This document shows, in pieces, positions 24,840 through 38,471 of a stretch of DNA of 64,000 bases. The stretch is from NCBI GenBank assembly GCA_964016885.1, contig OZ024755.1, positions 15,996,001 to 16,060,000 of the forward strand. The letters run 5' to 3'. The translations under genes were made by a program, and so were the position numbers. The first letter of the stretch is position 1, and each line of letters opens with the position of its first letter. The notes under the pieces were generated by a model that was given only the letters and a program-made list of their open reading frames with translations, ran no database searches and was not told where the DNA came from. The stretch comes from Eledone cirrhosa (lineage: Eukaryota).

Positions 24840-27830
24840 TAACTCTGCTAGTTGTAGGCTGCACATCAACATGAGATAGTTTTCTCCACAAAGTTTGATC
24901 ACCAACAGCAGAGTTTAAAGAGCAAAGGTCAAGTCCAGTCCATAAGTTAACATTATCAAGCCATCGTTTGGCGGCCGACCTCTGCCTCTCTTACCAGCCA
25001 ACTTTCCTTCTAGGCATAACTTACTCACACCACGAGTTGATCTTTTGATATGGCTATACAGTTTAAGCACTCTTTACCTGACAACTGATGTGGTTGGTCT
25101 AAGCCTAGTGATGTTGAGCAGCCCACTGATACAGCTATGGTTGCTGAGCCACTTGCCAGTTGTAAGTCTCATGATGTGATTCTGGAATGTAGAGAGCTTC
25201 TGAAGTGACCTTGTCATCCAATTAACACAGTCAAGACCATATAACACAACTGGTAGGATGTAAATATCTAAGATCTTAGCCTTCAAATGATAAGAAACTT
25301 CTTTTGATGTTAGTACTTCCTTGTTCCTAGAGTGATGCGATACAGCACAGTGACTATTCCATTGCTGTTTGATGATAGTTTGTGACCGAGATATACAAAC
25401 TCTGTATCTTGCACAATTTTCTGGTTGTAGATTGAGTTGGAGATTGGCATTGTTTTTATCAGTTATCATACACTTTGTTTTGAAGATGTTGATGTGTGAG
25501 CCAGCCTCTAGTAAATGTTTGGCCAGTACATTCAGAAAGTTTTGCAGATCAATTCTAGAGTAACTCATGATAGCCAGATCGTCTGCATAGCTAAGGTTTG
25601 ATAGAATTTTACCTCCTAGTTGATAGCCGGAGGAGCATTCCTCTTCAGTTTGGTAGATAAGTGCAGCTATAACTGTGCTGATAGTACATTCCCCTGCTTA
25701 ACTCCCTTCAAGATGTCGTGTAGTTCCCAAATCTGTTTTGATATATGCTGTTGAGTTGGTGTAAGTTTCTTTCAGTGAGTTGATGTATTTCTTATTAATT
25801 GAGGTTTTGTTAAAGAGTTGCCACAAGCTGGGTAGTTTCACATTGTCAAAAGCTTTTGTGAAATCAATGAAGGTGATGTGCACAGGGTTGTTGAATGCTA
25901 TTGATTTCTCAATGATTTGTTCAATAGCTAGGATCTGCCCAATGGTGCCTCTTCCAGGTTGATACGCAGCTTGTATTTCAGGAAATGAGGCGTAAAGTCT
26001 GACTTCACTCATGTTGCAATGATACTCATGAAAAGCTTGTAAACATGACTCAATAGGCTCATAGGACGATAGTTTCCATAATCAAGTCTGCTACTTTTTT
26101 TTAAGAGTACAACTATCAATGCTTTCTTGAACATGTCTGGGCTTTTTCCTGTAGTGATAATACGGTTAAAAAGATGTTGAAGTGCTTTGATAATTGGTTC
26201 ACCTCCAGCTTTGATGAATTCTGAGTATATGTTGTCGAGTCCAGGGCTTTTTCTTCACTTCAAATTTTTGTTGGCGTGAGATATCTCGCTAGTTAAGATA
26301 GATGGAATGGCATCTGATGTCGAATCATGAATAGTTGTTGGCTCTGAGTTGCTGAAGTACAGTTCTTCATAGAATTTAGCCCAGTGTTCAAGGATAGTAT
26401 TGTTTGAATCTTTAATGCCCCAGCTAAGATTTCTTGGTTTAGTCTTTAGTTTCTTCAGAACAGCATGATATAACCTGTGGGGTGGTAAGTTATTCATCTC
26501 TTCAATGTTGTTGTACATTTGCTCAAGTTTGTCTGATTTAACGAGTTTTTTTTATTCAGCCTTTGCTATACTATATTGGGCTGATGTGTGGCCATATTCT
26601 CTTCAGATATTTCTTTCTTTCTTTGTTGTGACATCCACTGTGGGATGGAAAGGTTTTCCTTAGGTAAAATCTCTTCAGATACCTCTTTTATGCCTCTGCA
26701 GATAGTATCATAAATCTTGTCGAGGTCTTCATCAGATTGCAAAGCTGAAAAGCGGTTTTGCAACTCGTTAGAATCGGCTTGCTGTTTCGTTACACGAGAG
26801 TTTGTCAAAGTTAACTTTCAATGGTATTTTATTTCTTTGTGGCCAAAAAAGTTGATATGAAATCTTGAACGCACCATTCGATGGTCAGATATATCATGAG
26901 TGTTAAGAGCAGTGCTGTCTAATATGCTTAGTCTTGTTGAAGATTTTCTTGCTACTATAAAGTTTATTTGATTCTTAGTTATATTGTCTAGTGATATCCA
27001 AGTGAACAGGTTTTCTTTTGAAATATTGTGTTGGTGATCTGCATATTATTCTTCATACAAAATTGGGCTAGAAGCTCGCCTCTCGAGTTAAATGTAACTG
27101 TGGTATATTTCCCAATACTTGATGGGAATGATTGATTACAGTTAAAGTAATCCATCAGAAAGAGGTGATCTCTCTTTGGTGTCTTATCTATAATGGTCTG
27201 TATGTTGTCATATAACTCATTGATTTCTTCTTCTGGATGTGTAGATGTGGGGAAAATAGTACTTGATAAGTATGAGTTTACAAAACTACTTTTCAAGCTC
27301 AGAACAGCTTGTCTCTCTGATATAGATTGATAGTTGTGTACTAATGATGCGCACATTTTGTTCATCAAGAAACCCACTCCATTCATGATATGAGTTTCAT
27401 TGCTTGATAGATAAATATAGTGTCTGGTATCTTGGTGTATCTTTATTTTGTTTTCGTTTGATTTAGTCTCTGATAATCCAATAATATCCCAGTTTACTTT
27501 CTCAAGTTCATACATCATTGTCTCAAGAGAGTTGGTATTACGGTCATTGATGGTATGTGTGTTTTATGTGCAGATATTAACAGTCTTTTTCTTTGTCTGG
27601 GTTTTTCTTCTATTCATATGAATCAAACTAGTCTGAGGTTGCTGGTGTGATCCCCTAGTCATAGCTGTTACATCATTCTGGGGCTGCTGGTGTGCCCTCC
27701 TGTTCACTCTTCGGGGGTCCAGAGGTGGCCTTCTCTGTACAACTAATCTCTGAAGTGACTTTTTCATGTTAATTTTATGAGCCTACTCTTCTATGCTGGC
27801 TCAAGATATGCTGGAAGAGAGCATTTGTAA
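24840..27830 (-). mobile_element. Near full-length but heavily decayed RTE-clade LINE (AP endonuclease + reverse transcriptase)
   Basis: Minus-strand fragments: ELEKVNWDIIGLSETK and NGVGFL (endonuclease), KSPGLDNI, YRPMSL, QAAYQPGRGT, FIDFTKAFDNV, NLSYADDLAI (~25575-25600), ILPVVLYGLDC, EGKLAGKRGRGRP; many stops and frameshifts. Confidence 0.92.
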
Positions 27831-28183
27831 GGTAACACAAAAATTAGTGTTTTTATTGTGGCACCATCACTAGGAGGGACTCCACCCACCCTCATCAAGA
27901 GAGGCTATCCCACACCAGATCTCAACTTAGTGCCTCAACCTTTGCAGATGTACATAGATTAAAAAGTAGATTTAGAAAAGAAAAAGTGTAAAAATATAAA
28001 AGGTTATAAAGTAAAAAAGTTAAACAAAGATGATGATGATATATATATATATTGAATCAGGGGCTAAAAATACTCTATGAAAAGCATGTTTTGTGAGAGG
28101 TGGGAATGAAATGTGTTTTTGAACATGTCGAAAAAAATCTATATGAAAAGTGTTTTGTGAAAGGTCGAAAAAAAATTCTATAT

Positions 28184-28390
28184 GAAATGTGTATTTTTGA
28201 AAGAGGTCACCAAGCAATCACTGGTGACCTCCCTTTGACTAGGTTTTCTTGAAAGTGTCTGCGCACATTCAGTTCTATTCTAATGGGCAATTATTTTTCT
28301 CTCAGTTCATCCGAGCTTCATCATTAATTTTACTTGTGTTGCAGATCCAGTGGATCATGTTTGATTAGTTGACATGTGCACACCAGAATA
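28184..28390 (+). repeat. ~205 bp dispersed repeat, copy 2
   Basis: Direct repeat of 24604-24810 with the same hairpin; element appears to start at ~28053 (gaatcaggggctaaaaa, also at 28541). Confidence 0.85.
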
Positions 28391-29119
28391 TATATATATA
28401 TATGTATATAATAAATATAAATATTGAAGTACAACACTCTCTCTCCCTCCCTATATATATATATATATAGTAATAATAATAAATGCGAAGACTAAAATCC
28501 AAAGAGCGCTCCATAAGGATAAATATATATCAAATATATAGAATCAGGGGCTAAAAACACACATCTATTTGTATATGTGCTAGTTTATGTACATGTTATG
28601 TTTATTGCATATCTTGGTTGATAACAGTGTAATATATTATGTTGACTTTCCTAGTAATTTTTTTTTGTCATGTCATAACTCTTTTTCTACATATCACTAT
28701 TTGTCAGTTGCTAGTATGTGTATTCAGAGACAGATTTCATAAGTTATTTTACTATAATCACTTTGAAAGCTGTAAATGTAATAAGACATGTTTGGCCTCA
28801 AATTGCATTTTCTGACCATTTTAAAGTGCAAAGAGCTAAATTAATCACTACAATTAAATTGTCCAAATGTTCCCCTCCCCATCATTCAGGAATTCTTCCA
28901 CTGTTCCACCCTTGCAAACACGTAAAATGACGATGATGATGATGTCCCTGATTTGTGCTTTTTTACCTATTCCAACATTTATATTTTTTCCGAAGAATAA
29001 TGTGGCAGTGACTTCAAAGTTTCAGCGTTGATGCTTTTTTTAGATTGAAGTAGAACCAACGCCAAATCTTCGATGTGTATGCACACACATACACATATAG
29101 CCACACACACACGCGCATA

Positions 29120-29167
<48 letters not shown>

Positions 29168-29353
29168 TATATAGCGGAAGAGAGAGAGGGTGTGGAGTAT
29201 CTATTTTAATGTATTTTTACGGTTTCTTTTGTCTTCATGATATGAACTGGATTTTTTTCTTCTCTATTTGTCATAATAAAAATGATCAACCATTTACTCT
29301 CGTTCTTCCTACGCACATACATATATAATTAATTCGCTACCTTTCTACCAATT

Positions 29354-29392
<39 letters not shown>

Positions 29393-29746
29393 GGAGGGGG
29401 AGTTACATCTCTCTTTCTCTCTATATATATGTGGGGAGTTGCATCTCTCTCCCCCTCTCTCTCTATATATATATGTATGTATGTGTCTGTGTGTGAAATT
29501 GTGTGAGATTGTGTGTATGTATATTATATATTTGTGTGCGCGTGCGTGCACATTTATATTTACACACACATGCATTCACACATACATACACACACACACA
29601 CACACACATATACATACATATACACACACACTCAAATACATACATTTTCCCTGTTATCTCTTTATAGCAACACCCTTCTTCACCAAAGTCAATCGCCCAC
29701 GTATGTTCTCAGTCTCTCACTCATTTATTCCACACTTTCTCTTCAC

Positions 29747-29783
<37 letters not shown>

Positions 29784-30138
29784 AACCACCTATACATTAA
29801 CTCACTCATCCACCCCCATTCAATTTCTCACTCAACCCTCTGCCCCCTTTCACTCAACCCTCCACCCCCTTTCACTCAACCATCCACCCACATTCATTCT
29901 CACTTATCCCTCCTCCCCCATTCATTCTCTCTCTCTCATTTGCCCACTCTTTAATCTACCAATGACTCTCTCAATCAGTGACCCATTCTCCCACTTATCC
30001 ATTCTCCAACACCTACCTAACCGAATCCCACATTCATCCGTTCCTGTCAGCTCATTCATTCATCTGCCCACACATCCTCTCACAGAACATTTCAATAACA
30101 AGCTTTGGTTTATTACCTAACTAACCATTATTATTACG

Positions 30139-30385
30139 ATCTGAGTTCAAATCCCGCCGAGGTTGACTTTGCCTTTCACCCTCACGGGGTCGATAAAATA
30201 AAGTACCAGTAATGCACTGGGTAATTGCTGGCCTTGTGCCTAAAGTAGAAACAATTATTACGGTGTGAGTTCAAATCCTGCCAAGGTTAACTTTGCCTTT
30301 CATCCTTATGGAGTCAATGAAAATAAAAGCACTAGTAATACACTGGGGTAATTGCTGGCCTTGTGCCAAAAGTAGAAACAATTGT
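30139..30385 (+). mobile_element. Two tandem copies of a tRNA-derived SINE with Meta-like domain
   Basis: B-box gagttcaaatcc followed by ctttgcctttcatcc..cggggtcgataaaataaagtaccagt...ggccttgtgcc..aagtagaaacaatt; many further copies (e.g. 37420-37570, 44105-44315, 45737-45857, 52950-53135, 58053-58168, 60990-61130, 63200-63960). Confidence 0.8.
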
Positions 30386-31534
30386 TACTGTTTACATCAG
30401 ATTTTAGAGAAACAATACTAAATGTTCTGTCTTCTTTTTCTTTATCATCATCATTGCCATCATCATCATCACCGTCATGATCAGGCTCAGTATCGTTATC
30501 ATCATTATCATCAACATGGTCATCGTCGTCACCACCATCATCATCATCTTCATCGTTGTCAAGTTCACTTCGTCCTTATAATCATATCTTCCCATCATGA
30601 CCGTGGTTTAAAATGGTCGATTTAACAGAGTCGTTAGAGATTTAGATATTTATTCCGAGTTTCTGAGTTCAAATCCTGCCAAAATCCACTTTGCCTTCCA
30701 TCCTTCGGGGTCGATAAAGAGAGTGCCAGTCTAGTACAGCCCCCTTTATTTCCAGCTGTCATATCCTGAATTCATGCCAACCCTTACTATAGTCATGAAT
30801 CTTGGGTAATGACCAAAAGAATTTGATCGTGAATACAAGCGGCCGAAATGGGATTCCTCCGAAGAATCACAATTCCGATACTATGGAAAGAATCGCTGGA
30901 CAGATTTTACAGACAAAAACCAACCGACAGGAGACCCAGGGGTAGATTCTGAGCAAAATGGTTAGATAACATCCATGAGCTCGGTTGATCTCGTTTGGAG
31001 ATCCAGGAGGCCCAATTACAGACGGTTGCTTCTGACAGGACCCGCTGGAAGGAGTGTTTGAGGAATTTGCCCCCATTACTCTCCCAAGAATAAGAAGGAG
31101 ATGATGATGATGAATCGTTTATCACTGTGACCAACAGTGTAGAGTCTGTCAAAGACAGCGATGGGCAAAAATGCCCCAGAGGACAGACCAGCAGACAGTG
31201 GTCAACAGAGAGACAATCCACTAGGTGAAGATGTGTGTGTGTGTAAAGTTGTCTTGTACATCGCCTTTCTCTATTTCCTTCTTCCAATCACTTCTGTGTG
31301 CCATTACACTTCTTGTCATCCTCCTCTTTCAATCTTCTCTATATTTAATTTGTCTGTCACCCACCTTGTCTCTCTCGATAATAGGTCGACTCGTCGTGGA
31401 CTAAACAACAACAACAACAAACAACAACAACTCCAATTAAAAACTGAGACAAAACAAAAATACTTGACAGTTATTCAGTTCTACTTCGACTTCGTATTAG
31501 CGGCATCACTTTTAACGTCTAGGTTATTCAACTA

Positions 31535-31585
31535 GTTGCTATGACAACGAACTTTGGCCTCGCAATCTTTTGTTGCCATGACGAT
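31535..31585. promoter_or_regulatory. RFX X-box motifs upstream of NOXRED1-like gene
   Basis: GTTGCTATGACAAC (31535-31548) fits GTHNYY-AT-RRNAAC exactly; GTTGCCATGACGAT (31572-31585) has a perfect left half-site; ~100-150 bp upstream of ATG. Confidence 0.7.
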
Positions 31586-31683
31586 ACAACAATGTCGTAG
31601 GTAGGTGCGCTTCGTTGCATTGACGAAAACAAGGAAGAAAGAAAGGGAAAAAAGCAAAAAGCAATCACCGACTGGTTTGATAG

Positions 31684-31871
31684 ATGGAGAATAAATCACT
31701 CATTTATATGCCTCATGATTTTGTTAGGGGTCTGGAGTCGCTGGAATTCGACAAAATCCTCCCAGAGGATAAGAAAGAATATATCAACACTCTACGCAAT
31801 TCTTGTCATGTAATAAACATATCTAAATGTGTGTATGCCATGTATTTTGTTAATACCTTGGATAATATCAA
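31684..31871 (+). CDS. NOXRED1: NOXRED1-like NADP-dependent oxidoreductase domain protein, exon 1
   Basis: MENKSLIYMPHDFVRGLESLEFDKIL...CVYAMYFVNTL; |gtaagt donor at 31872; phase 2 joins exon 2 in frame. Confidence 0.8.
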
Positions 31872-32051
31872 GTAAGTTGGTAGTAATTAACATAAATATG
31901 TGATCAGCGAGGGGGAGGGGGCATTTATTATTGTTATTATTAATATTATTTTTATTTTGTTCCATTTCTATTTTGAGCTTTGATTTTTGTTGTTACAATG
32001 TGTGTGTATGCATCGGTTCGTGTTTGTGAATATATAAATACATGTATGCAC

Positions 32052-32109
<58 letters not shown>

Positions 32110-33909
32110 CTATGCACACTCACACGCACACACACACACATATGTGTTTATATATACACACATATATATTACACACATATCTATGTGTGTGTATACATAT
32201 ATATCTATGTGTGTGTAGTGAGAGAGTGGGGTGGGGAGCTCCGTGACCAGTTTGCTTTGCTCAAGAAATTTGGAGGCTGAGGTTCACGTAAATGGTCGTC
32301 TCTGTCTCTTCCTCACTTTCTTTCTTCCCTGGTGGGTAACATCCTCTCCTTTCCAACAAGAACTAGCTCTAAAAACGGAGCCAGATGAAACAGCCCTACT
32401 GCAGTGGAGGGAGCTGTGTTTTCATTCCTGAAGCAGAGGAGGGTAGATTGAGACAGAGAATCTAGAGTGACTTACATTCAACTGTCTCTTTGATGAATCT
32501 AATTAATTCTCCAGGAGCTACTTACCTTTTGCAGGTGAAAATCTTTGGAGGGAGTAGCTTAATGCTTTGCCTATGACGAACATTAACAGCCTCCTCAATC
32601 TGAGTTGAGCTCTACATCACCAGTGCACTCAAAGTCAGAGCCAATGTCAATGGGGGATTTAAATGTTGTTGTGGCAGGCCACTTGGCTCTATGGGTCAGC
32701 ATGAATTGTCTTGCCATCTGAACAAAGGTCAAGTTGCTCCTGATACTGAGCTGAACCTACGTATCAAGTGGGCTCTGGCTCATGTCAATATCCTCTCAAT
32801 TCTGGAGTCAACCAGATTGTCCAGGGTTGATGGGAAGAGGCTAGATAGCTTACCCCTTGCCCCTGGCTAAGAGATAGATCCCTTTTAGGAGGCTATAGTT
32901 AGCAACCATTTTTGGCCCCTTCCCACATCCTGGATGCTGTGGTGAAAGTGAGGGTCAGTACATCCATAGCCAAATGGTAAAGTGGGTGTTTTGGTGACAC
33001 GACAAAAAGCACCCAGCTCACCCTGTAAGATGGTCATGCTGGTAACATAGTGAAAAAGTATCTGGTCCGACTTGTCAGTTGCTCATTTTGGTGTCACGAT
33101 AAAAAGCACCCAGTCTACATAGTAAATGTGGTTGGCATTAGGAAGGGCATCCAGCTGTAGAAATCAAGCCAGAAACAGTTCTGTATGAGCAAGATAGGGT
33201 CACCTGATCTGACTTGTCTCATAACAGGACAACTTGACTAACCCATGCTAGCATGGAAAATGGAGTTTAAATGGTGATGATGATGATGATGATATAAACT
33301 TCCCAGCTGCTGCTGGTACTCACTCGGAGCTGAGTGTTTTGCTCAAGAACACAATATAGCAGCCTGTCCAGGAATTGAGCTAATGACATTACAATTGTAT
33401 GCAAGCTTCCTAACCATTAGGCCATGAGCCTTCACACAATATCTGGTATGGCACATCTAAAATGTTGTATGCTAGTAATTTAAGATTTTCATGTTTATTC
33501 TCATGCCTACATTAGCATGTAACATGTACCATGTAATATGTAAGTAGCATTTTGTATTCTTGTTCTTCATTCAACAAATGGCTGTTTTTAGAACGCTATA
33601 TGTTTCTGCTAGATTTGAAGAAGCTTCTTCAAAATTGTCATCATTATTGACATAATATTGTGTCACCCTCTTCTTTCTAAATCTAGACATATTGTTTTTG
33701 TACTGGAAAGTGATGGATATGAGATAATATTGAAATATTAAATATGACAGAAGAAAAATATATTTGGAAAAAATATATTCCAGCTAAAAACCTGGCTGTC
33801 TTTCTCCACTGGCAGACATGTGCAGATAACATAATTCAAAATCTTAACATCCTTATTGTTCAATCACTATATTGCCTGAGGAGATGATATCAAAAAGCTG
33901 GAGTAGTGA

Positions 33910-34265
33910 GTGACACACATACATGTATGTACCTTGTCGACACACATACACATACACATACACACACTCACACACACATATATGTATGTATCTTGCTGAC
34001 AGACATACACACACTCACATGTACACACATACACACATACATGTATCTTGTCGACAGACATACACATACACACACTCACATGTACATACACACACACACA
34101 CACACATACATATATGTATCTTGTCTACACATGCATACATATATGTATCTTGTCAATACACACTCATATACCCACACACAAACGCATATACACATATGCA
34201 CACATATACACACACACAAACACTTACACTCACACTCATACAAACACACAGACACACACACATTT
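33910..34265. repeat. Degenerate (CA)n/(CATA)n minisatellite with recurring atgtatcttgtc motif
   Basis: Visible periodicity; gives spurious HT/CV-rich ORFs. Confidence 0.85.
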
Positions 34266-34488
34266 GTTTTCCACCAAACATCATTGCAGTGTGGGTACTG
34301 ATATCAGGATTGGTTGGAATGTATTTATAAGGTAAAGATTGTTTTTCAAAATATATCAAGATGTTTAATGGCAACATGTTATAACTATAGCTAGAAGCAA
34401 AGGTGTAGAATAGGATAGGATTAGCATAAAGCTGCACTACTACTGCAAACTGACTATATACACTTCATACACAATGATATATTTATCA

Positions 34489-35160
34489 TGCTGGTGGCAT
34501 GATAAAAGCTACCCTGCCCACCCTGATTGGTGGTGATACAAAAACACCCAGTGCACCCTGTAAGGTGGTTGTGCTGATTACATGATAAAAGCTACCCTGC
34601 CCACCCCGTATGGTGATCATACTGGTGACATTACAAAAAGTACTCAGTCCACCCTGTAAGGTGGTCGTGTTGGTGACACTACAAAAAAACATCCAGTCCA
34701 CCCTGGAAGATGGTTATGCTGATGACATGCTAAAAGTACCCAGTCCACCTTGTAAACTGGTCTTGCTGATGACATGATAAAAAAATACCCTATCCACCCT
34801 GTAATGTGGTTGTACTGGTGACGTGAGAAAAAAGTACCCAGTCCACACTTTATGATGTTCGTGTTGGTGACACTACAAAAATCGCCTAGTTCACTCTGCC
34901 CGATGGTTGTGATGGTGACACAACAAAAAGTGCCCAGTATACTCTGTAAGATGGTCATGATGGTGCCACAATGAAAAAAGCACCCAGTCAACACTGTAAT
35001 ATGGTGTGCATTAGGAAGGACATCCAACCATAGAAATCAAGCTAGAAACAGTCCCGTATAAACAAGACATGGTCAACTAACTTGACTTGAAATGTCACAT
35101 AATGTAACAACCCATGTAACCCATGCAAGCATGGAAAAAAGATGTTAAACTATGATGATG
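34489..35160 (+). repeat. ~43-46 bp minisatellite (about 11-12 units) expanded inside a SINE-like element with RTE-type tail
   Basis: Unit ~ggtgacactacaaaaaagtacccagtccaccctgtaaggtggtcgtg, then ttaggaaggacatcca...acccatgcaagcatggaaa...(gat)n; shorter versions at 32990-33290, 6070-6330 (-), 49830-50030 (-). Confidence 0.8.
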
Positions 35161-35238
35161 TGTATGCATATAATTTCGCTTATGTCTACATATATATATG
35201 TGTGTACACATGAACACTTATGTACATGTGTAACACAT

Positions 35239-35545
35239 GTCGGCATGCCTACAAAGTCAGAAAACAGCACAGCTCCCATGACTTTTGGAAACATTTTTTC
35301 ACTCAGAATTTCTGAAGCATGGAACAAACTATCTGCATCAGTTGTTAGCTATCAAGACACTGCACCCTTTAAAACCTTCATGCTTCTTGAGATTCGCCAA
35401 CACTGCACCTGATGTCCCCCTTCCATATACACGCGCACATGTATTTCATGACTCATACTGTTCATTTTCCTGACATTTGAACATTATTCTATGTACTATA
35501 CATTGATGAGTTGTAGTACACAATAATTTCATTATTATTATTATG
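35239..35545 (+). mobile_element. 3' end fragment of the CR1 LINE family seen at 9100-11035
   Basis: Matches 10750-11035 including (ATT)n tail; further 3' fragments at ~43085-43180, ~44560-44730, 55565-55870. Confidence 0.88.
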
Positions 35546-35593
35546 TATAATCTGTTTTACTTAAACGATACTTGTTATTTTCTGTTAATCCAG

Positions 35594-35787
35594 GAAAACT
35601 ATACTCACGAAAGAATTGTCTATAACTAAAAATTACCAGACAGAAGAATATGATAAGATTTATGGAATTCATATTGGTATGATTGGCTGTGGCATTCTTG
35701 GACAACAAATCCTTCGATGTCTACTGTATAAGAATAACATTCCACCATCTAATTTGCTCGTTTCAACAAGAAGGCCAGAACAGCTTG
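35594..35787 (+). CDS. NOXRED1: NOXRED1-like, exon 2 (Rossmann GxGxxG motif)
   Basis: ccag| acceptor, |gtatgt donor; IGMIGCGILGQQI...LLVSTRRPEQL matches the NOXRED1 / P5CR-like N-terminal fold. Confidence 0.9.
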
Positions 35788-35814
35788 GTATGTATGTATG
35801 TGTATTTATATGTA

Positions 35815-36288
35815 CTAGCAGAAAAACCACCCTTCCGGTGGTTTTCTGCTAGCATGTGTAGTGTGTATATTGATATTATATGCAGGTATAATGTAGATAT
35901 GATACATCAAATAAAATTGTAATTGACAATATATAATACATAGAAATTGAATGAAGACTGTGTTACACTGTCTTATGTAATCGGTAACGTAATCCATGAT
36001 ACATTAAAAAAGACGATATTATATATAAACTGCATTAGGAGAAAATTAGTGACGGAAAATTAGTATGTTTATTTAAGCAATTGCCACCGGAAGTGTTGAC
36101 ATTTCAGAAATTTTAAAGAAGTGAATCTTTAAATAAACAAAATATATTTAATGAACAGCCACGAAATTTAGTAGATAAATTATGTAATATTCATTCATTA
36201 TTTATTCAAAGTAATCCAACTTATTTTACAAACGGGATAAAAAAAAAACCTAAGCAATCCCGCAGACCTTCCTTTATTATAGTTTAGA
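35815..36288 (-). mobile_element. Non-autonomous Helitron (~474 bp) in NOXRED1 intron 2
   Basis: Minus strand begins A|TCtaaactataataaag (36288) and ends with a hairpin then CTAG|T (35815); inserted in an AT site of a (TATG)n tract, no TSD. Confidence 0.75.
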
Positions 36289-38099
36289 TGTATGTATGTA
36301 TGTGTGCATGCATGTGTGTATGCATGTATGTATGTATCTCTGCATGCATGTATGTATATATGTATGATTACTGTTCATATGTGTATGCATGTATGATTAT
36401 TGTTTGTATGTATACAAATGTATGATTATTGTTCTCAGGGATTAACTCTCTAGATATCTGTAATTAATTAATGAAATTACAAATTAAAAGCTTGTTAACC
36501 TCATTCTTGGTATTTTTGTCTTTATCACGACATAATTATAATCAGACCACTCTCAGAACATCTCATTAGGTTAGATTAGAATTTGGAGACTTTATTTTTA
36601 ATTCAGGATTTCAAATTGGTTAAGAATTAGAATATCACAACTCTTGGCTCACTACTATATAGTAGGAGGCATTGGATGGCCTTACTTTTTAATGGTCTAC
36701 TCTTAGCTGCATGGCTTAGTGGTTAGAGATTCAAATTCACAATCATGAGCTTGCAACTTTGATTCCCGGACTGAGCAATGTGTTATGTCTTTGAACAAGA
36801 CACTTTATTTCATGTTGCTCTTTCTACCAGGAGTTGCGGCCAGTAGATAATATCGGCAATGGAAAGACCAATTGAAACATTGTTTCCTTAGTCCAATTTG
36901 ATGAGTTCCATCCCACTCTGAGTGAAGTGGAGCAATGTGAAAGGAAGATGAGTTGCAACATCATTGGTGCTAAGTGGCATCAGCCATTGCCTTTCCCTTG
37001 GATAACATTGGTGGCATGGGGAATGGAGACTGGTATGCATGGGCGACTGCTGGTCTTCCACAAAAATACCTTGTCTGGGCTTGTGCTTTGGAAGGGAACT
37101 TTTTAGGTGCAAAACCCATGTTTATTCATGACCAAAGGGGGTCTTTACTTTGTACCTTTGTGTCAGTGACCAGGTTGCAAAGAGTGCACTGAAAATTTCA
37201 GCACCATGAAATACATGATAAATGTAAAGTGGATTTAAGAGTTTTATGTGTGTATGTTTTAAGGAGCTCAAATCACTCTTCCATGTAATTGGTTTAGTTT
37301 CAATATATTTGTCTCAAATTAAATAATGATTTCTGATTTAGGCACAAGGCCAACAATTTTGGGAGGGAGGGAAAAGTCGATTAAATCAGCCCCAGTACAT
37401 TACAGGTGCATAATGGTTTCTAATTTAGGCACATGGTCAGAAATTTTGGAGAGAGGGGAAATTCGATTATTTCAACCTCAGTGTGTTACTGGTGCATAAT
37501 TTTATCAACCACATAAGGATGAAAAATAAAGCTAACCTCAGCAGGATTTGAACTCAGAACATAAAAAGTCATAACTCTGTTGTCCAACACTCTGCCGATT
37601 ACTGTCAATCCACTTCCCCTACAACAGATGAATAATGGTTTCTGTAACTCTATGCCACAAAGCATGTTGTCCGACACTCTACAAATAATAATTCTGTAAC
37701 TAATAAAGCAAAAATATTTGCTTTTGTGCTTCATCATCATCATCATTTTACGTCCACCTTTCCTTGCTTGCAAGGGTGGGACGGGTCCTTATCAGCACAG
37801 CATCCCTCCATTCGTCACATTCCTTCATCATTTCCTCTGTGTGCTTCATTGATCTGAGGTCAGCTCCCACCACCTCCGCCCATGATTTTCATGGTCTTCC
37901 TCTACTGCATCTTCCTTCCACTGGGATTTCTTGGCACTTATATAGGATGTAAATGTATATGTGTATGTATTTGCGAGCGATAAAACTGTGTTAAGAAATC
38001 GTAATTTTCTTATATAGGACGTATATGTATATATATATTTGCGAGCGATAAAGCTATGTTAAGAAATTGTTAACGTTTATTTATTTTCATATTTTGTAG

Positions 38100-38438
38100 A
38101 TGAATTTAAAAAAACGGGAATCATCTGCATCAATGACAATATAAAAGTGTGCCAGTTTGCTGAAGTTTTGTTACTCTGCATTCCACCTTCAGAGCTTAGC
38201 TTGCTATCACTTCAAATTAAAGAACACTTACCAGCAGAGTGTATTGTGTACAGCATTTTAGCAGGCCAGACACTCCATAAGCTGGCTACCATGCTTGGAA
38301 CTCACAATATTTATAGTTTGGACATTTATTTTAATGAGAATAGCATAGTGAATGTAAATTGGGACCACAAGAACAGGGTTTTCGAATGGCTAAATGACCA
38401 GGAGAAACTGAAGAAATTACTGCCATTTAAAGGCTCAG
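38100..38438 (+). CDS. NOXRED1: NOXRED1-like, exon 3
   Basis: ttttgtag| acceptor, |gtatac donor; GIICINDNIKV...AEVLLLCIPPSEL...LPAECIVYSILAGQTLHKLATML; phases 1/1. Confidence 0.88.
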
Positions 38439-38471
38439 GTATACCTAATATATTATAGCACTTTGAACTTT

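Noticed and set aside
24604-28390. LTR retrotransposon (direct repeats around an RT)
   Set aside because: RT is RTE non-LTR type with AP endonuclease; repeats lack TG...CA ends, PBS and PPT.
32220-32990. GC-richer intronic stretch as a nested gene
   Set aside because: No sustained ORF or recognisable motif; most likely an old transposon remnant that I cannot classify.
29369-34437. His/Thr-, Cys/Val- and Tyr/Ile-rich ORFs (also 30404-30625, 46112-46420, 50825-52008)
   Set aside because: Translations of (CA)n, (TA)n, (CAT)n microsatellites.
34489-35010. CRISPR-like periodicity
   Set aside because: Whole ~45 bp unit is repeated with no unique spacers, lies inside a SINE-like element, eukaryotic context, no cas genes.
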